A stretch of DNA of 64,000 bases from an uncultured Trueperaceae bacterium (GTDB lineage: Bacteria > Deinococcota > Deinococci > Deinococcales > Trueperaceae). The notes beneath the pieces were generated by a model. That model was not told the DNA's origin, ran no database searches, and worked only from the letters and a program-made list of their open reading frames with translations. Shown here piece by piece: positions 45,113 to 53,982 of this stretch. The stretch covers positions 173,184 through 237,183 of the forward strand of contig CAVSGP010000002.1 in the NCBI GenBank assembly GCA_963727505.1. The letters run 5' to 3'. The translations under genes were made by a program, and so were the position numbers. Every line of letters begins with the position of its first letter. The stretch's first letter is position 1.

Positions 45113-45934
45113 ATGACCGCCAGCACGCCGAACGCGACCATCGCCCTGCTCACGGACTTCGGGCTGCGCGATACCTACGTGGCCATGCTGAAGGCCGTGA
45201 TCCAGGGCATCGCCCCCAACGCGGCCGTCATCGACCTCACCCACCAGGTGGCGGCGCACGACGTGCGCGAAGGCGCGTTCGACCTGTTCGTCTCGCACGC
45301 CTTCTTCCCGGCCGGTACGGTGTTCTGCTGCGTGGTCGACCCTGGCGTCGGCTCGAGCCGGCGCGCGGTGGCGCTGCGCCTGCGACGCGGCAACGGCCAC
45401 CCCTACCGGTTCGTCGGGCCCGACAACGGCCTGTTCACGTCCGTCCTCGATGGCGCCACGGTGGAAGCGGCCGCCAGCCTCGACGACCCCGCCTACCAAC
45501 TCTCATTCGTGAGCAGCACCTTCCATGGCCGCGACGTCTTCGCCCCCGCCGCCGCCCACCTGGCGCGCGGCGTGGGCATCGAGGCGCTCGGGGCGGCGGT
45601 CGACCCGGACTCCCTGGTCCGGCTGCCGTGGGACCAACCCAGGCGTTCAGGCGACGGCTGGGAGGCCGACCTCATCCACCGTGACCCCTTCGGCAACCTG
45701 ATCAGCAACCTGCCGAGCCAGGCGTTGCAACCCGACCTCTCGCGCTGGCGCGTGTTCCTGGACCGCTTCGAGATCGGTCCCATCCGGCACGCCTTCTCCG
45801 ACGTGCCGGTGGGCCGCCCGCTCGCCTTCGTCGGCAGCAGCGGCCTGCTCGAGATCGCGGTGCGCGACGGCCGGGCCGCAGACGTGCTCAGTGTGAGCAA
45901 GAGCAGCGTGGTGCGGGTGCGACCCGCCACCTGA
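45113..45934 (+). CDS. SAM hydrolase / SAM-dependent halogenase family protein (DUF62)
   Basis: IALLTDFGLRDTYVAMLKAVI ... VVDPGVGS ... GPDNGLFT is the family signature. Confidence 0.8.
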   Translation: MTASTPNATIALLTDFGLRDTYVAMLKAVIQGIAPNAAVIDLTHQVAAHDVREGAFDLFVSHAFFPAGTVFCCVVDPGVGSSRRAVALRLRRGNGHPYRFVGPDNGLFTSVLDGATVEAAASLDDPAYQLSFVSSTFHGRDVFAPAAAHLARGVGIEALGAAVDPDSLVRLPWDQPRRSGDGWEADLIHRDPFGNLISNLPSQALQPDLSRWRVFLDRFEIGPIRHAFSDVPVGRPLAFVGSSGLLEIAVRDGRAADVLSVSKSSVVRVRPAT

Positions 45935-45953
45935 ACACCGCCCGGCACACACC

Positions 45954-47006
45954 TCAGGCCACCGTCACCTCGTCGGACAGGTAGACGTCCTGGATGAGGT
46001 GGAGCAGCTCCACGCCCTCCTCGAAGGGGCGCTGGAAGGCCTTGCGCCCGCTGATCAGGCCGCTGCCACCACCGCGCTTGTTCACGACCGCGGTGGTGAC
46101 GGCCTCGGCGAAATCGTTCGCGCCCGAGGCGCCTCCGGAGTTGATGAGCCCCACGCGGCCCATGTAGCCGTTCGCGACCTGCCAGCGGACCCATTCGATG
46201 GGGTGATCGGGCACCAGCTCGCCGTACATGCGCGGGTCGCTTCGGCCGAACCCGATGGCCGTGAAGCCTCCGTTGACCGTCGGGAGCTTCTGCTTGACGA
46301 TGTCGGCCTGGATGGTCACGCCGAGGTGGTTGGCCTGGGCGGTGAGGTCGGCGGCGGTGTGGTAGTCGGTGCCGTCCTTCTTGAAGCCCTCGTTGCGCGT
46401 GTAGCACCACAGGATGGTGGCCATGCCGAGCTCGTGCGCGTGCGCGAAGGCCTCGGCGATCTCGATGAGCTGCCGGTCGGACTCGTCGCTGCCGAAGTAG
46501 ATGGTGGCGCCGACCGCCACGGCCCCCATGTTCCAGGCCTCCTCGACGGTCCCGAAGAGGATCTGGTCGTAGGTCTGTGGGTAGGTCATGAGCTCGTTGT
46601 GGTTGAGCTTCACGATGAAGGGGATGCGGTGCGCGTAGCGCCGAGCCACCGCACCCAGCACGCCGAAGGTCGAAGCCACGGCGTTGCAGCCACCTTGGAT
46701 CGCCAGCTCCACGATCATGCGGGGGTCGAAGTAGTCGGGGTTGGGCGCGAAGGAGGCGCCCGCGGTGTGCTCGATGCCTTGATCCACCGGCAGGATCGAG
46801 AGGTACCCGGTCCCCCCCAGGCGGCCGTGGCCGTAGAGCTGCTGCAGGCTGCGCAGCGTCTGCGGGTTGCGATCGGTGTCGAGGAAGGCGCGCTCGATGA
46901 AGTCCGGTCCCGGCAACGTGAGCCGCTCCTTGGCGATCCCCGTTGCGCGGTAGTTGAGCAGCGCTTCGGCCTGGTCACCGAGGTGTTCTAGGTAGGTCTG
47001 GGCCAT
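45954..47006 (-). CDS. fbaB: Class I fructose-bisphosphate aldolase, FbaB/DhnA type
   Basis: 350 aa. [12 protein letters not shown] ... FIVKLNH ... IVKQKLP resembles E. coli FbaB-type aldolases. RBS AAGGAG. Confidence 0.8.
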   Translation of the reverse strand: MAQTYLEHLGDQAEALLNYRATGIAKERLTLPGPDFIERAFLDTDRNPQTLRSLQQLYGHGRLGGTGYLSILPVDQGIEHTAGASFAPNPDYFDPRMIVELAIQGGCNAVASTFGVLGAVARRYAHRIPFIVKLNHNELMTYPQTYDQILFGTVEEAWNMGAVAVGATIYFGSDESDRQLIEIAEAFAHAHELGMATILWCYTRNEGFKKDGTDYHTAADLTAQANHLGVTIQADIVKQKLPTVNGGFTAIGFGRSDPRMYGELVPDHPIEWVRWQVANGYMGRVGLINSGGASGANDFAEAVTTAVVNKRGGGSGLISGRKAFQRPFEEGVELLHLIQDVYLSDEVTVA

Positions 47007-47194
47007 GCTCGGCTCCTTTCACAACGGCGGCGCGGCGCGCCGCCGGAGCTCGCGTTCCTCGGGTCGCGCCCGCCTCGCTCCTCGTGCGATCCGGGCCCGA
47101 GCGCCGGTCGTGCCTCCAGGGTACGTGACGAGCGCGCCTGCCGCCGTTCGCACGCCTCCCGGCGGACCGGCGCACGCGGAAGGGCGTACCCCTT

Positions 47195-47240
47195 CACACA
47201 AATCACCCGGCGGTCGCAAGAAACCTCATCGACCGCCGGG
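47195..47240 (-). terminator. Intrinsic-terminator-like hairpin on the minus strand, upstream of fbaB
   Basis: Perfect 11-bp stem CCCGGCGGTCG / CGACCGCCGGG (47206-47216 and 47230-47240) with a 13-nt loop. TGATTTGTGTG follows on the minus strand. Confidence 0.5.
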
Positions 47241-47305
47241 ACTCGTAAGAGGGTTCGTAGGTGCCATCTCAGGCATGCATCTACGATCTCTCCTATGGGA
47301 AGCCC

Positions 47306-47334
47306 ATCATAGGCATCGGCGCCGCACTTGGGAA
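47306..47334 (-). promoter_or_regulatory. Candidate minus-strand promoter about 60 nt upstream of that terminator
   Basis: The minus strand reads TTCCCA, a 17-nt spacer, then TATGAT. The palindrome GGGACAGATGTCCC (47335-47348) abuts the -35. Confidence 0.4.
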
Positions 47335-47444
47335 GGGACAGATGTCCCGTCAGGGAGAGGGATCCTTGGCTCGCGAGGCCGTCCGCCTCCGGCCCGCGAC
47401 GTACGCCGAACGGCCCGGCCGCGAGCGCCCGGCCAGAATGGGGC

Positions 47445-47696
47445 ATGTCAGCTCCTACCGCCACCCTCCTCCCCCTGTACGGCCTCACCACCCGCATCGC
47501 GCTCGCCGTCGGAGTGCTCGCCCTCTTCGTGGTCGTCAACCTGATCCTGCAGGCGGTGCTGGCCCGGGCCCTGCGCAATCGATCGGTCCATCCAGGCCTG
47601 GTGGTGCTGGTCCCCAACCAGACCATCTTCACCAGCGCGGTCGTGGTGACCCCGCCGGCGCCCCCCACGGCGGCCAGGGACGCCGCTCCGACCTGA
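47445..47696 (+). CDS. Small single-TM hypothetical protein
   Basis: 83 aa with a TM helix IALAVGVLALFVVVNLILQAVL. The RBS is weak and the start is uncertain. Confidence 0.35.
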   Translation: MSAPTATLLPLYGLTTRIALAVGVLALFVVVNLILQAVLARALRNRSVHPGLVVLVPNQTIFTSAVVVTPPAPPTAARDAAPT

Positions 47697-47819
47697 GGGC
47701 GCGTGCGTTCGGCGCCCGGCGGCGCGCCCTGCCAGCGCCGTGCGCTAGCATGACCGCACCCAGCAGGAGATCGGGGAACAGCGGCCGGCTCGCCTGCCGG
47801 TCGTGGGAGGGGGAGCACG

Positions 47820-48215
47820 GTGGAGACGACCTGGGGAACCTTTCTGTGGGCCGCCGGCGGTGGGCTGGCGGCGGAGGCACTGCGCTGGTGGCGCCTGATC
47901 CGCGCCCAGCAGCAGGGAACGACCCTCAACCTGCCGGTCTACGCCCGCAGCCCGCTCTACTGGGGGCTCACGGTGGTCATCGTGCTGGCGGGCGGCATGC
48001 TGGCGGTGGCATACGTGGCCTCGGGCCAACGGCTGGGGCCCATCCTGGCGATCAACGTCGGTGCCAGCGCGCCGCTCATCATCCAGGGGTTGGCGGCCAG
48101 CGCGCCGGATGGCCTTCGGCCCGCCCCTGCGCCGGCCGGTACACGGCAACACGCGAGCGACGGCACGCCTCCCGTGGGCGCGCCGTCGCTCGTGAACTTC
48201 CTGCGGGGGCGGTGA
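47820..48215 (+). CDS. Hypothetical membrane protein (about 3 TM helices)
   Basis: GTG 47820 is preceded by a strong GGGAGGGGGAG. TM segments include WGTFLWAAGGGLAAEAL, LYWGLTVVIVLAGGMLAVAYV and ILAINVGASAPLIIQGL. Confidence 0.55.
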   Translation: METTWGTFLWAAGGGLAAEALRWWRLIRAQQQGTTLNLPVYARSPLYWGLTVVIVLAGGMLAVAYVASGQRLGPILAINVGASAPLIIQGLAASAPDGLRPAPAPAGTRQHASDGTPPVGAPSLVNFLRGR

Positions 48216-48254
48216 GCCAGCGGACCGCGCCGCCTCACCGCCCCCTGCGTTCGC

Positions 48255-49991
48255 TCAGGTGTCGGCGTCCGCTGGCGTGAACCGGGCAGGATTCGGCGCG
48301 ACGCCGCCTCGCGGGGTCCCGTTCGCGGCTTCGGGCGCCGGAGCCGGCGCGTTCCCGCCGCGATCCAGCGGAGCGTCGTCGCCCTCGAAGAACTCGTCGT
48401 GCTTCAGGCCGATCTCGGGCAGCAGGAAGGTGGTCAGGAAGGCCAGGATCGCGACCACCAGGCCCACCGTGAAGATCTCGCCCATGCCGTGGCTGAGGCC
48501 GACGCGCACGGCGTGCACGAACTGGTCGTAGAACGTCTGGCCCTGTGCGCCGAAGCGGGCGAAGCTGGACCGGATGGCGTCCTGCGCCTGCGCCGTGATC
48601 AATCCCTGCGGGTTGTCCAGCGCGGCCTGCTGCTGCGGCGGCAGCGCGGCCAGCATCGCCCGGAGCGGGCCGGGCAGCGCCTGGTGGAAATGGCTGGAGA
48701 AACTGCGGGCCAGCACGGTGCCGAGGATCGGCGCGATGATGACGCCACCGAGCGAGCGCACGAACTGCTGGGTGGCGTTCACCACGCCCATGATCTTGTA
48801 GGGAAAGGCGTTCTGTACCGCCACGTTGAGTAGAGGCAGCAGCGTGCCGATGCCGATCCCCATGACGATCATGTTGCGCACGACGGTGGGCCAGGTCGTG
48901 GACACGCCCATGAAGTTGAACAGCGCCATGCCGCCCACCATGAACGCCGCCCCGATGATGGCCAGCACCTTGTAGCGGCCGGTGCGCGTCATGAGCCAGC
49001 CGGAACCGACGCTCCCGACGATGAAGCTCAGCATCATGGGCGTGAGTACCTCGCCGGAGCTCTGGGCCGACAGGCCCACGACCCCCTGCACGTAGAGCGG
49101 CAGGAACATGAGCGTTCCGAACATGCCCATCGTCGCGAAGAGCGCGATGACGACCGTGGTCGTGAAGATGGGCTTGGCGAAGAGCTGCGGGTCGAGGATC
49201 GGCTCCGCCGCGCGGCGCTCGTTCCACACGAACAGGCCGAGGAAGATGACCGCCGCAGCGAACATGCCGAGGATGAGCGGACTGCCCCAGGCGTACTGGC
49301 CGCCGGCCCAGGTGAGGGCCAGCAGGAGCGGTACCAGACCCAGGGCCATCAGCACGCTGCCCTGCCAGTCCAGCTTCACGCGGTGATCGACGCGCACCCG
49401 GGGCAGGGTGACCAGCACGGCGACCAGCGCCACCACCGCCACCGGCAGGTTGACGTAGAAGACCCAGCGCCAACCCATATGGTCCGTGATCCAGCCGCCG
49501 ACGGTGGGGCCGATGATGCTGGAGATGCCAAAGGTCGCAGCGATCACGCCCATCCAGCGGCCGCGCTCGCGTGGGTTGAAGATGTCGCCGATGGTGGCGC
49601 GCGGCATGCTCATCAAGGCGCCGGCGCCGATGCCCTGAACGCCCCGTGCCAGGATCAGCTCGAGCATGGTGTGCGCCTGTCCGCTCACCGCCGAGCCCAG
49701 CATGAACACCACCAGGCCGAAGATGTAGAAGGGCTTGCGCCCGTAGATGTCGGAGAGCTTCCCGTAGATCGGCACCGTGATGGCCGACGCCATCATGTAG
49801 GCGGTGAACACCCAGGCGTAGATGGAGAGCCCCTTGAGGTCGCCGACGATGACCGGCAGCGCCGTCGACACCACGGTCTGGTCGAGCGACGCGAAGAACA
49901 TCGACAGAAGCACCGCGCCGAGCGCCCACCAGCGGGCGTTCCCGGTGATGCGATTGGTGTTCTGCTGCGCGCGTGCTCCGGAGCGTCTCAT
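48255..49991 (-). CDS. MFS transporter, DHA2 (EmrB/QacA-like, 14-TM) drug:proton antiporter family
   Basis: LDQTVVSTALPVIVGDL ... GKLSDIYGRKPFY are MFS motif A-type segments. About 14 hydrophobic segments. ATGA-coupled to the upstream marR. Confidence 0.85.
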   Translation of the reverse strand: MRRSGARAQQNTNRITGNARWWALGAVLLSMFFASLDQTVVSTALPVIVGDLKGLSIYAWVFTAYMMASAITVPIYGKLSDIYGRKPFYIFGLVVFMLGSAVSGQAHTMLELILARGVQGIGAGALMSMPRATIGDIFNPRERGRWMGVIAATFGISSIIGPTVGGWITDHMGWRWVFYVNLPVAVVALVAVLVTLPRVRVDHRVKLDWQGSVLMALGLVPLLLALTWAGGQYAWGSPLILGMFAAAVIFLGLFVWNERRAAEPILDPQLFAKPIFTTTVVIALFATMGMFGTLMFLPLYVQGVVGLSAQSSGEVLTPMMLSFIVGSVGSGWLMTRTGRYKVLAIIGAAFMVGGMALFNFMGVSTTWPTVVRNMIVMGIGIGTLLPLLNVAVQNAFPYKIMGVVNATQQFVRSLGGVIIAPILGTVLARSFSSHFHQALPGPLRAMLAALPPQQQAALDNPQGLITAQAQDAIRSSFARFGAQGQTFYDQFVHAVRVGLSHGMGEIFTVGLVVAILAFLTTFLLPEIGLKHDEFFEGDDAPLDRGGNAPAPAPEAANGTPRGGVAPNPARFTPADADT

Positions 49992-50443
49992 GCCGCGCCC
50001 CCGGCCGGCTGGGCAGCCTCGCTCGTCTCCATGACCTCGGCGAGAGCCTCCATGTCCTGGGCGATGCGGGCGAACGCTCCCTGCGGCACGTCGCGTAACG
50101 CGCGGTCGAGCACCTCCCCCAGCGCCGCCCAGCCGGCGGCACCGGCCTCGGCGCCCGCTTCGGTCACCACCACCACGATGCGCCGCCGGTCGACGGTGTC
50201 GGGCCGGCGTTCGACGTAACCAAGCTCGCTCAGGCGGTCGAGCGCACGTGTGATCAACGGGGCCGCGATCCCGGTGCGGTCCTTGAGCTCGTGAGGATGG
50301 GCCGAGCCCCCTTCGAACGCGCGCAGCATCACCAGCTCCTTGGGCGAGAGGCCGCAGGCCTGCTCCACGGGTTCGGCGGCGACCGCGTGCAGGGCGCGCG
50401 CCATCCGCCGTGCCGCGCGGGTCGCCCGGAACAGATCGTCCAT
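49988..50443 (-). CDS. MarR-family transcriptional regulator
   Basis: GLSPKELVMLRAFEGGSAHPHELKDRTGIAAPLITRALDRLSELGYVERRPDTVDRRRIVVVVTEAG. ATG 50443 is preferred over the TTG at 50470. Confidence 0.85.
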   Translation of the reverse strand: MDDLFRATRAARRMARALHAVAAEPVEQACGLSPKELVMLRAFEGGSAHPHELKDRTGIAAPLITRALDRLSELGYVERRPDTVDRRRIVVVVTEAGAEAGAAGWAALGEVLDRALRDVPQGAFARIAQDMEALAEVMETSEAAQPAGGAA

Positions 50444-50468
50444 GATGACAGTCGTTTTCACGTGGAAC

Positions 50469-50497
50469 AATATAATCGAGAATAGTTACCTTGTCAA
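50469..50497 (-). promoter_or_regulatory. Near-consensus sigma-70 promoter of the marR-MFS operon
   Basis: The minus strand reads TTGACA (50497-50492), a 17-nt spacer, then TATATT (50474-50469). A perfect TATAAT lies on the plus strand at 50471-50476. Confidence 0.6.
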
Positions 50498-51469
50498 TTG
50501 TTCACACGACCTCGATGTCCGGCAAACACGCAGCCGAGCGACGATGGCCGCGAGGACCCGCAGCACCGCTCCTCGCGGACGTTGGGCGCCGGCCCGGCCG
50601 GTCGAGAGCGTGCGCGTGCCGAGCGCGCGCACGGCATCCCCCGCCTCAGCGCTGCGCTGGCGTTCTACACGGTGCTCTCGCTGGCCCCCCTGGTGGTGGT
50701 GGCGGTAGGGGTGGCGAGCCTGGTGTTCGCGCGACAACAGATCCAGAGCGAGATCGTTGCGCAGCTCCAGACGCTCGTCGGCCCGTCCGGGGGCCAGGTC
50801 GCCCGAACCCTGTTCGACAACGCCTACCGCGCCTATCGGCCCAGTTCCGGCCTGGTGGCCTCTGCGATCGGCTTGGGCGCACTGTTGTTCGGGGCCTCGG
50901 CCGTGCTCGCTCAGCTCAAGAGCGCCCTCAACACCATCTGGGGCGGCTCCGACGCCGGCCGCGAAGGCGTGCTCGGGGCCGTGCTGGACAGGTTGCTGTC
51001 GTTCGCGCTGGTGTTCGCTTTGGGCTTCCTGCTACTGGCCTCGTTGCTGTTCAACACGCTCGTCACCGCCTTCAACCGCACCGTCAGCCGGGCGGCCGGG
51101 GTCCCTGCCGAGTTGCTCAGCGCCGTCAACGGCGTGGCCGCCCTCATCTTGACGGCCGTGCTGATGGCGGTGCTATACCGCTACCTGCCCGACACCTTGG
51201 TGCGCTGGCGCGACGTCGTACCGGGTGCGGGCATCGCCGCCGTGCTGTTCGCCGCCGGCAAGTGGCTCCTGGGCCGCTACCTCGGCCACAGCGCCATCGC
51301 CTCCGCCTACGGCGCGGCCGGAGCGCTGATCATCGTGCTGCTGTGGATCTACTACTCGGCGCAGATCTTCTTCCTGGGCGCCGAGCTGACGCGGGCGATC
51401 GCCCAGGAGCGGGCCGTTACGCGGCCGGGCTCGCCACCCGGTCGCACCCGGGACCCTGCCGGGCGTTGA
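50498..51469 (+). CDS. YihY/BrkB-family (formerly ribonuclease BN-like) membrane protein
   Basis: RLSAALAFYTVLSLAPLVV ... YGAAGALIIVLLWIYYSAQIFFLGAEL is the family pattern. The start is uncertain (TTG 50498 or later). Confidence 0.8.
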   Translation: MFTRPRCPANTQPSDDGREDPQHRSSRTLGAGPAGRERARAERAHGIPRLSAALAFYTVLSLAPLVVVAVGVASLVFARQQIQSEIVAQLQTLVGPSGGQVARTLFDNAYRAYRPSSGLVASAIGLGALLFGASAVLAQLKSALNTIWGGSDAGREGVLGAVLDRLLSFALVFALGFLLLASLLFNTLVTAFNRTVSRAAGVPAELLSAVNGVAALILTAVLMAVLYRYLPDTLVRWRDVVPGAGIAAVLFAAGKWLLGRYLGHSAIASAYGAAGALIIVLLWIYYSAQIFFLGAELTRAIAQERAVTRPGSPPGRTRDPAGR

Positions 51470-51578
51470 GCGGCATGGCGATCTCCGCGTCTGCCGCAGA
51501 CTCGCCTGGCCTGCGGTCGTGCGGCCCGGGAACCATCCCGCGCCGCACGATCAGAGCGTGCTCGCCAGGGTGCGGCCG

Positions 51579-53108
51579 CTAGGGCGCGCTGGCGTCGGCG
51601 CCGGTCACCGTGAACGACAGATCGAACGACGGCAGGCGCTCACCGGGATGGTCCACCACGTTCAGCATCGGCAGCAGGAGGTAGTTGGCGTTCGCCGTGC
51701 TCGTCGGCGCGCCCGGACCCTTCAGATCCCCCTTGTAGATGGAGGGGTAGAGGCTGACGTAGTGCGTCCCGGCTTGCCCCGGCGCCTTGATGTGGATGAC
51801 GACGTCACCCTGGCTGTTGAAACCGCAGGCGTAGCCGAAGTAGCCGTTGTCCATCACCAGCGTGTAGATGTTGGCGGTCGCGGTCCAGCCGACCCCTTTC
51901 AGGTGCACCGTGATGTCGCCACCGGGTGCCACGGTCCGCGGTGACACCTCGAAGACCGACGGCTTGATGGTGTAGTCGGCCTGCGCCCTGGCGTCCCCGG
52001 CGGTGGCGACGATGTGGTGCACACCACCCAGGTCGTCGGGCGTGTCGAACCGGTACTCGAAGGCGCCGTCGGCGCCGGCCGTGACGCTGGCGAAGGGCCG
52101 CGTCGACTCCTGCCAGCCGGCTCCGGAGATGCGGTTGCCGACCACGGTGCTCCAGGTGAGGTTCACCTCGGAGCCGGCCGGGAAGCCGCGGCCGCGCAAC
52201 ACCGTCGGGCTTCCGACCGCGCCGGTGGAGTAGTCGAGCGCCAGCGAGGGCGACGCGCCACCGCCTGCCGACGCAGCGGTGCCGGGCTCACGGTTCAACC
52301 CCTGCGTAGCGGCCGGCGCCGAGGGCACGGCGGGCCCCGGCGTGATGGTGAAGACGGCGCTCTCCACCAGCGGGACCTGCGGGATGTAGATGGGCGCCTG
52401 CTGCTCGTTGAGGTAGGGAGCGGCGTGGGTGCCCACGATGGCCTGTAGGGTGTGCGGGCCGACGGCTCCGGTGGCGGGGATGGTGACGTCCGCGGTGCCG
52501 CGGGTGCTCAGCGCAGACAGCATGCCGGTATCGGCGCCGTCGTACTTGAGGTGCCACACCAGGTGGTAGAAGCGGTAGCCGAGCCCCGTGAAGCGGATGT
52601 GGATGGGCGTGCCTACCGGCCCCGAGGCGGGCGACATGGTGAGGTGCGGCGAGACGACGAAGCCCTGGCGCGCCACCTTGTCGCCACCGCCATCGAGCAG
52701 GAAGACGTTGTGCGTGTAGCCGTAGTCACCGGGCACGGTGAAATGGAGCGTCAACGTGCCGTCCGCGCCGGCCACGCCGTTGGCCAGCGTGTGCTGCACC
52801 GTCGTGGCCGCGATACCGTTGAAGTCGGCGCCATCGACCTGCCAGGAAGCATCCGCGGTCTCCCACGACAGCGCGACCTTCGCGCCCGGCGTGAGGCCGG
52901 TGGCCTGCGCCGTCACCGCCGTGCCGACCGGCCCGTAGGCGGGCGTGAACTCGAGTCGGGCCGCGGCCTGCGCCCGGGCACCGAACATCCCCAGCGCCAG
53001 GAGGCCGGCGACCAGGGCGGCCAGAAGAGTGCGCGCGCGCTGGCCGGCGCGCCGCGGCGGCGCGCCGGCCAGGACGCCGTTTGCCATCGCTTGCCGAGTG
53101 TCTACCAT
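51579..53108 (-). CDS. Secreted protein with four repeated Ig-like (IPT/TIG-like) modules, function unknown
   Basis: ATG 53108 with RBS GAGGTG. Signal peptide LLAALVAGLLALGMFGARAQA. Four modules each open with a x-P-x-x-G-P-V-G-T-like strand (TPAYGPVGTAVT, SPASGPVGTPIH, STGAVGSPTV, SPRTVAPGGDIT). Confidence 0.7.
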   Translation of the reverse strand: MVDTRQAMANGVLAGAPPRRAGQRARTLLAALVAGLLALGMFGARAQAAARLEFTPAYGPVGTAVTAQATGLTPGAKVALSWETADASWQVDGADFNGIAATTVQHTLANGVAGADGTLTLHFTVPGDYGYTHNVFLLDGGGDKVARQGFVVSPHLTMSPASGPVGTPIHIRFTGLGYRFYHLVWHLKYDGADTGMLSALSTRGTADVTIPATGAVGPHTLQAIVGTHAAPYLNEQQAPIYIPQVPLVESAVFTITPGPAVPSAPAATQGLNREPGTAASAGGGASPSLALDYSTGAVGSPTVLRGRGFPAGSEVNLTWSTVVGNRISGAGWQESTRPFASVTAGADGAFEYRFDTPDDLGGVHHIVATAGDARAQADYTIKPSVFEVSPRTVAPGGDITVHLKGVGWTATANIYTLVMDNGYFGYACGFNSQGDVVIHIKAPGQAGTHYVSLYPSIYKGDLKGPGAPTSTANANYLLLPMLNVVDHPGERLPSFDLSFTVTGADASAP

Positions 53109-53285
53109 GATCCACCTCACGTTCTTCGCGTTCTGCGGAACGACCGCACGGTCCTTCGCACCGGCCGCCTTCGACCCACTCGCGGCGACCGTTCGATCCG
53201 CCCGGCGTCCGAAACAACGACGGCTGCGGCCCCACGCCAAGGGTGGAGCCGCAGCCACAGTGTTGCCTTCGTTATGCGGACGGGC

Positions 53286-53768
53286 TCAGGACTGCGGTTT
53301 GGCAATCGTGAGCTGGTTGAGCCCGACGCCCTGCCCGATCGGCGTGAACGAATCCTTGTGCCCCGCGCCGTCGGTCACCGTGAGCGTCCAGTTGTAGGTC
53401 CCAGTTGCCACGTCGGCGGGGATGTCCCAGGCACCGGTCCAGAAGTGCTCCTGGTTGCTGGCAGGGGCACTCGGGGGGTGCGCCCCGTAATTCATGTCGA
53501 CGGTGTCGCCGTTGTCGAGCGTGACCTGGAGCTTGATCCCGCGCGCCTTGATGGCGTCCGGCGTGAGACGGCCGCCCGTTACGGCGTCGAAGACGTAGGC
53601 CTGCCATACCACAGCCTCGCCAGGTTGGAACACGGTGTTGGAGACGCACACCGGACCCTTGGCGTTGGTCCCGCCTCGGATCGTCGCCATCTGTACGAAG
53701 TACGTGTTGGCGAAGGCCGACGTGGCCAGCACCGCCACAAGCACGATCAACCACTTTGCGTAACGCAT
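53286..53768 (-). CDS. Small secreted beta-rich protein, function unknown
   Basis: ATG 53768 with RBS GGAGGGAG. Signal peptide MRYAKWLIVLVAVLATSAFA. 160 aa. Confidence 0.7.
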   Translation of the reverse strand: MRYAKWLIVLVAVLATSAFANTYFVQMATIRGGTNAKGPVCVSNTVFQPGEAVVWQAYVFDAVTGGRLTPDAIKARGIKLQVTLDNGDTVDMNYGAHPPSAPASNQEHFWTGAWDIPADVATGTYNWTLTVTDGAGHKDSFTPIGQGVGLNQLTIAKPQS

Positions 53769-53834
53769 GGTTCTCCCTCCGAATGCTGCCCATGAACGAA
53801 CCATCTGGCTTCATCTTCGAGAGTAGCATCGAAC

Positions 53835-53865
53835 GGGACGTTCGTACCCATAGGACGAATGTCCC
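53835..53865. promoter_or_regulatory. Imperfect inverted repeat in the divergent control region of the secreted-protein genes
   Basis: GGGACGTTCGTACC cata GGACGAATGTCCC, with the nested palindrome CGAACG gga CGTTCG just before it. Confidence 0.3.
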
Positions 53866-53982
53866 GGCAGCGGCCGCGGTACCGCACGCGTCCCCAGCGT
53901 TATCACGTCAGGCTCAACCGTTTCATGCGACCGACGCTCACCATGGCCGACGGCCCCCTCACGGGGCCGGAAGGAGATCGGC

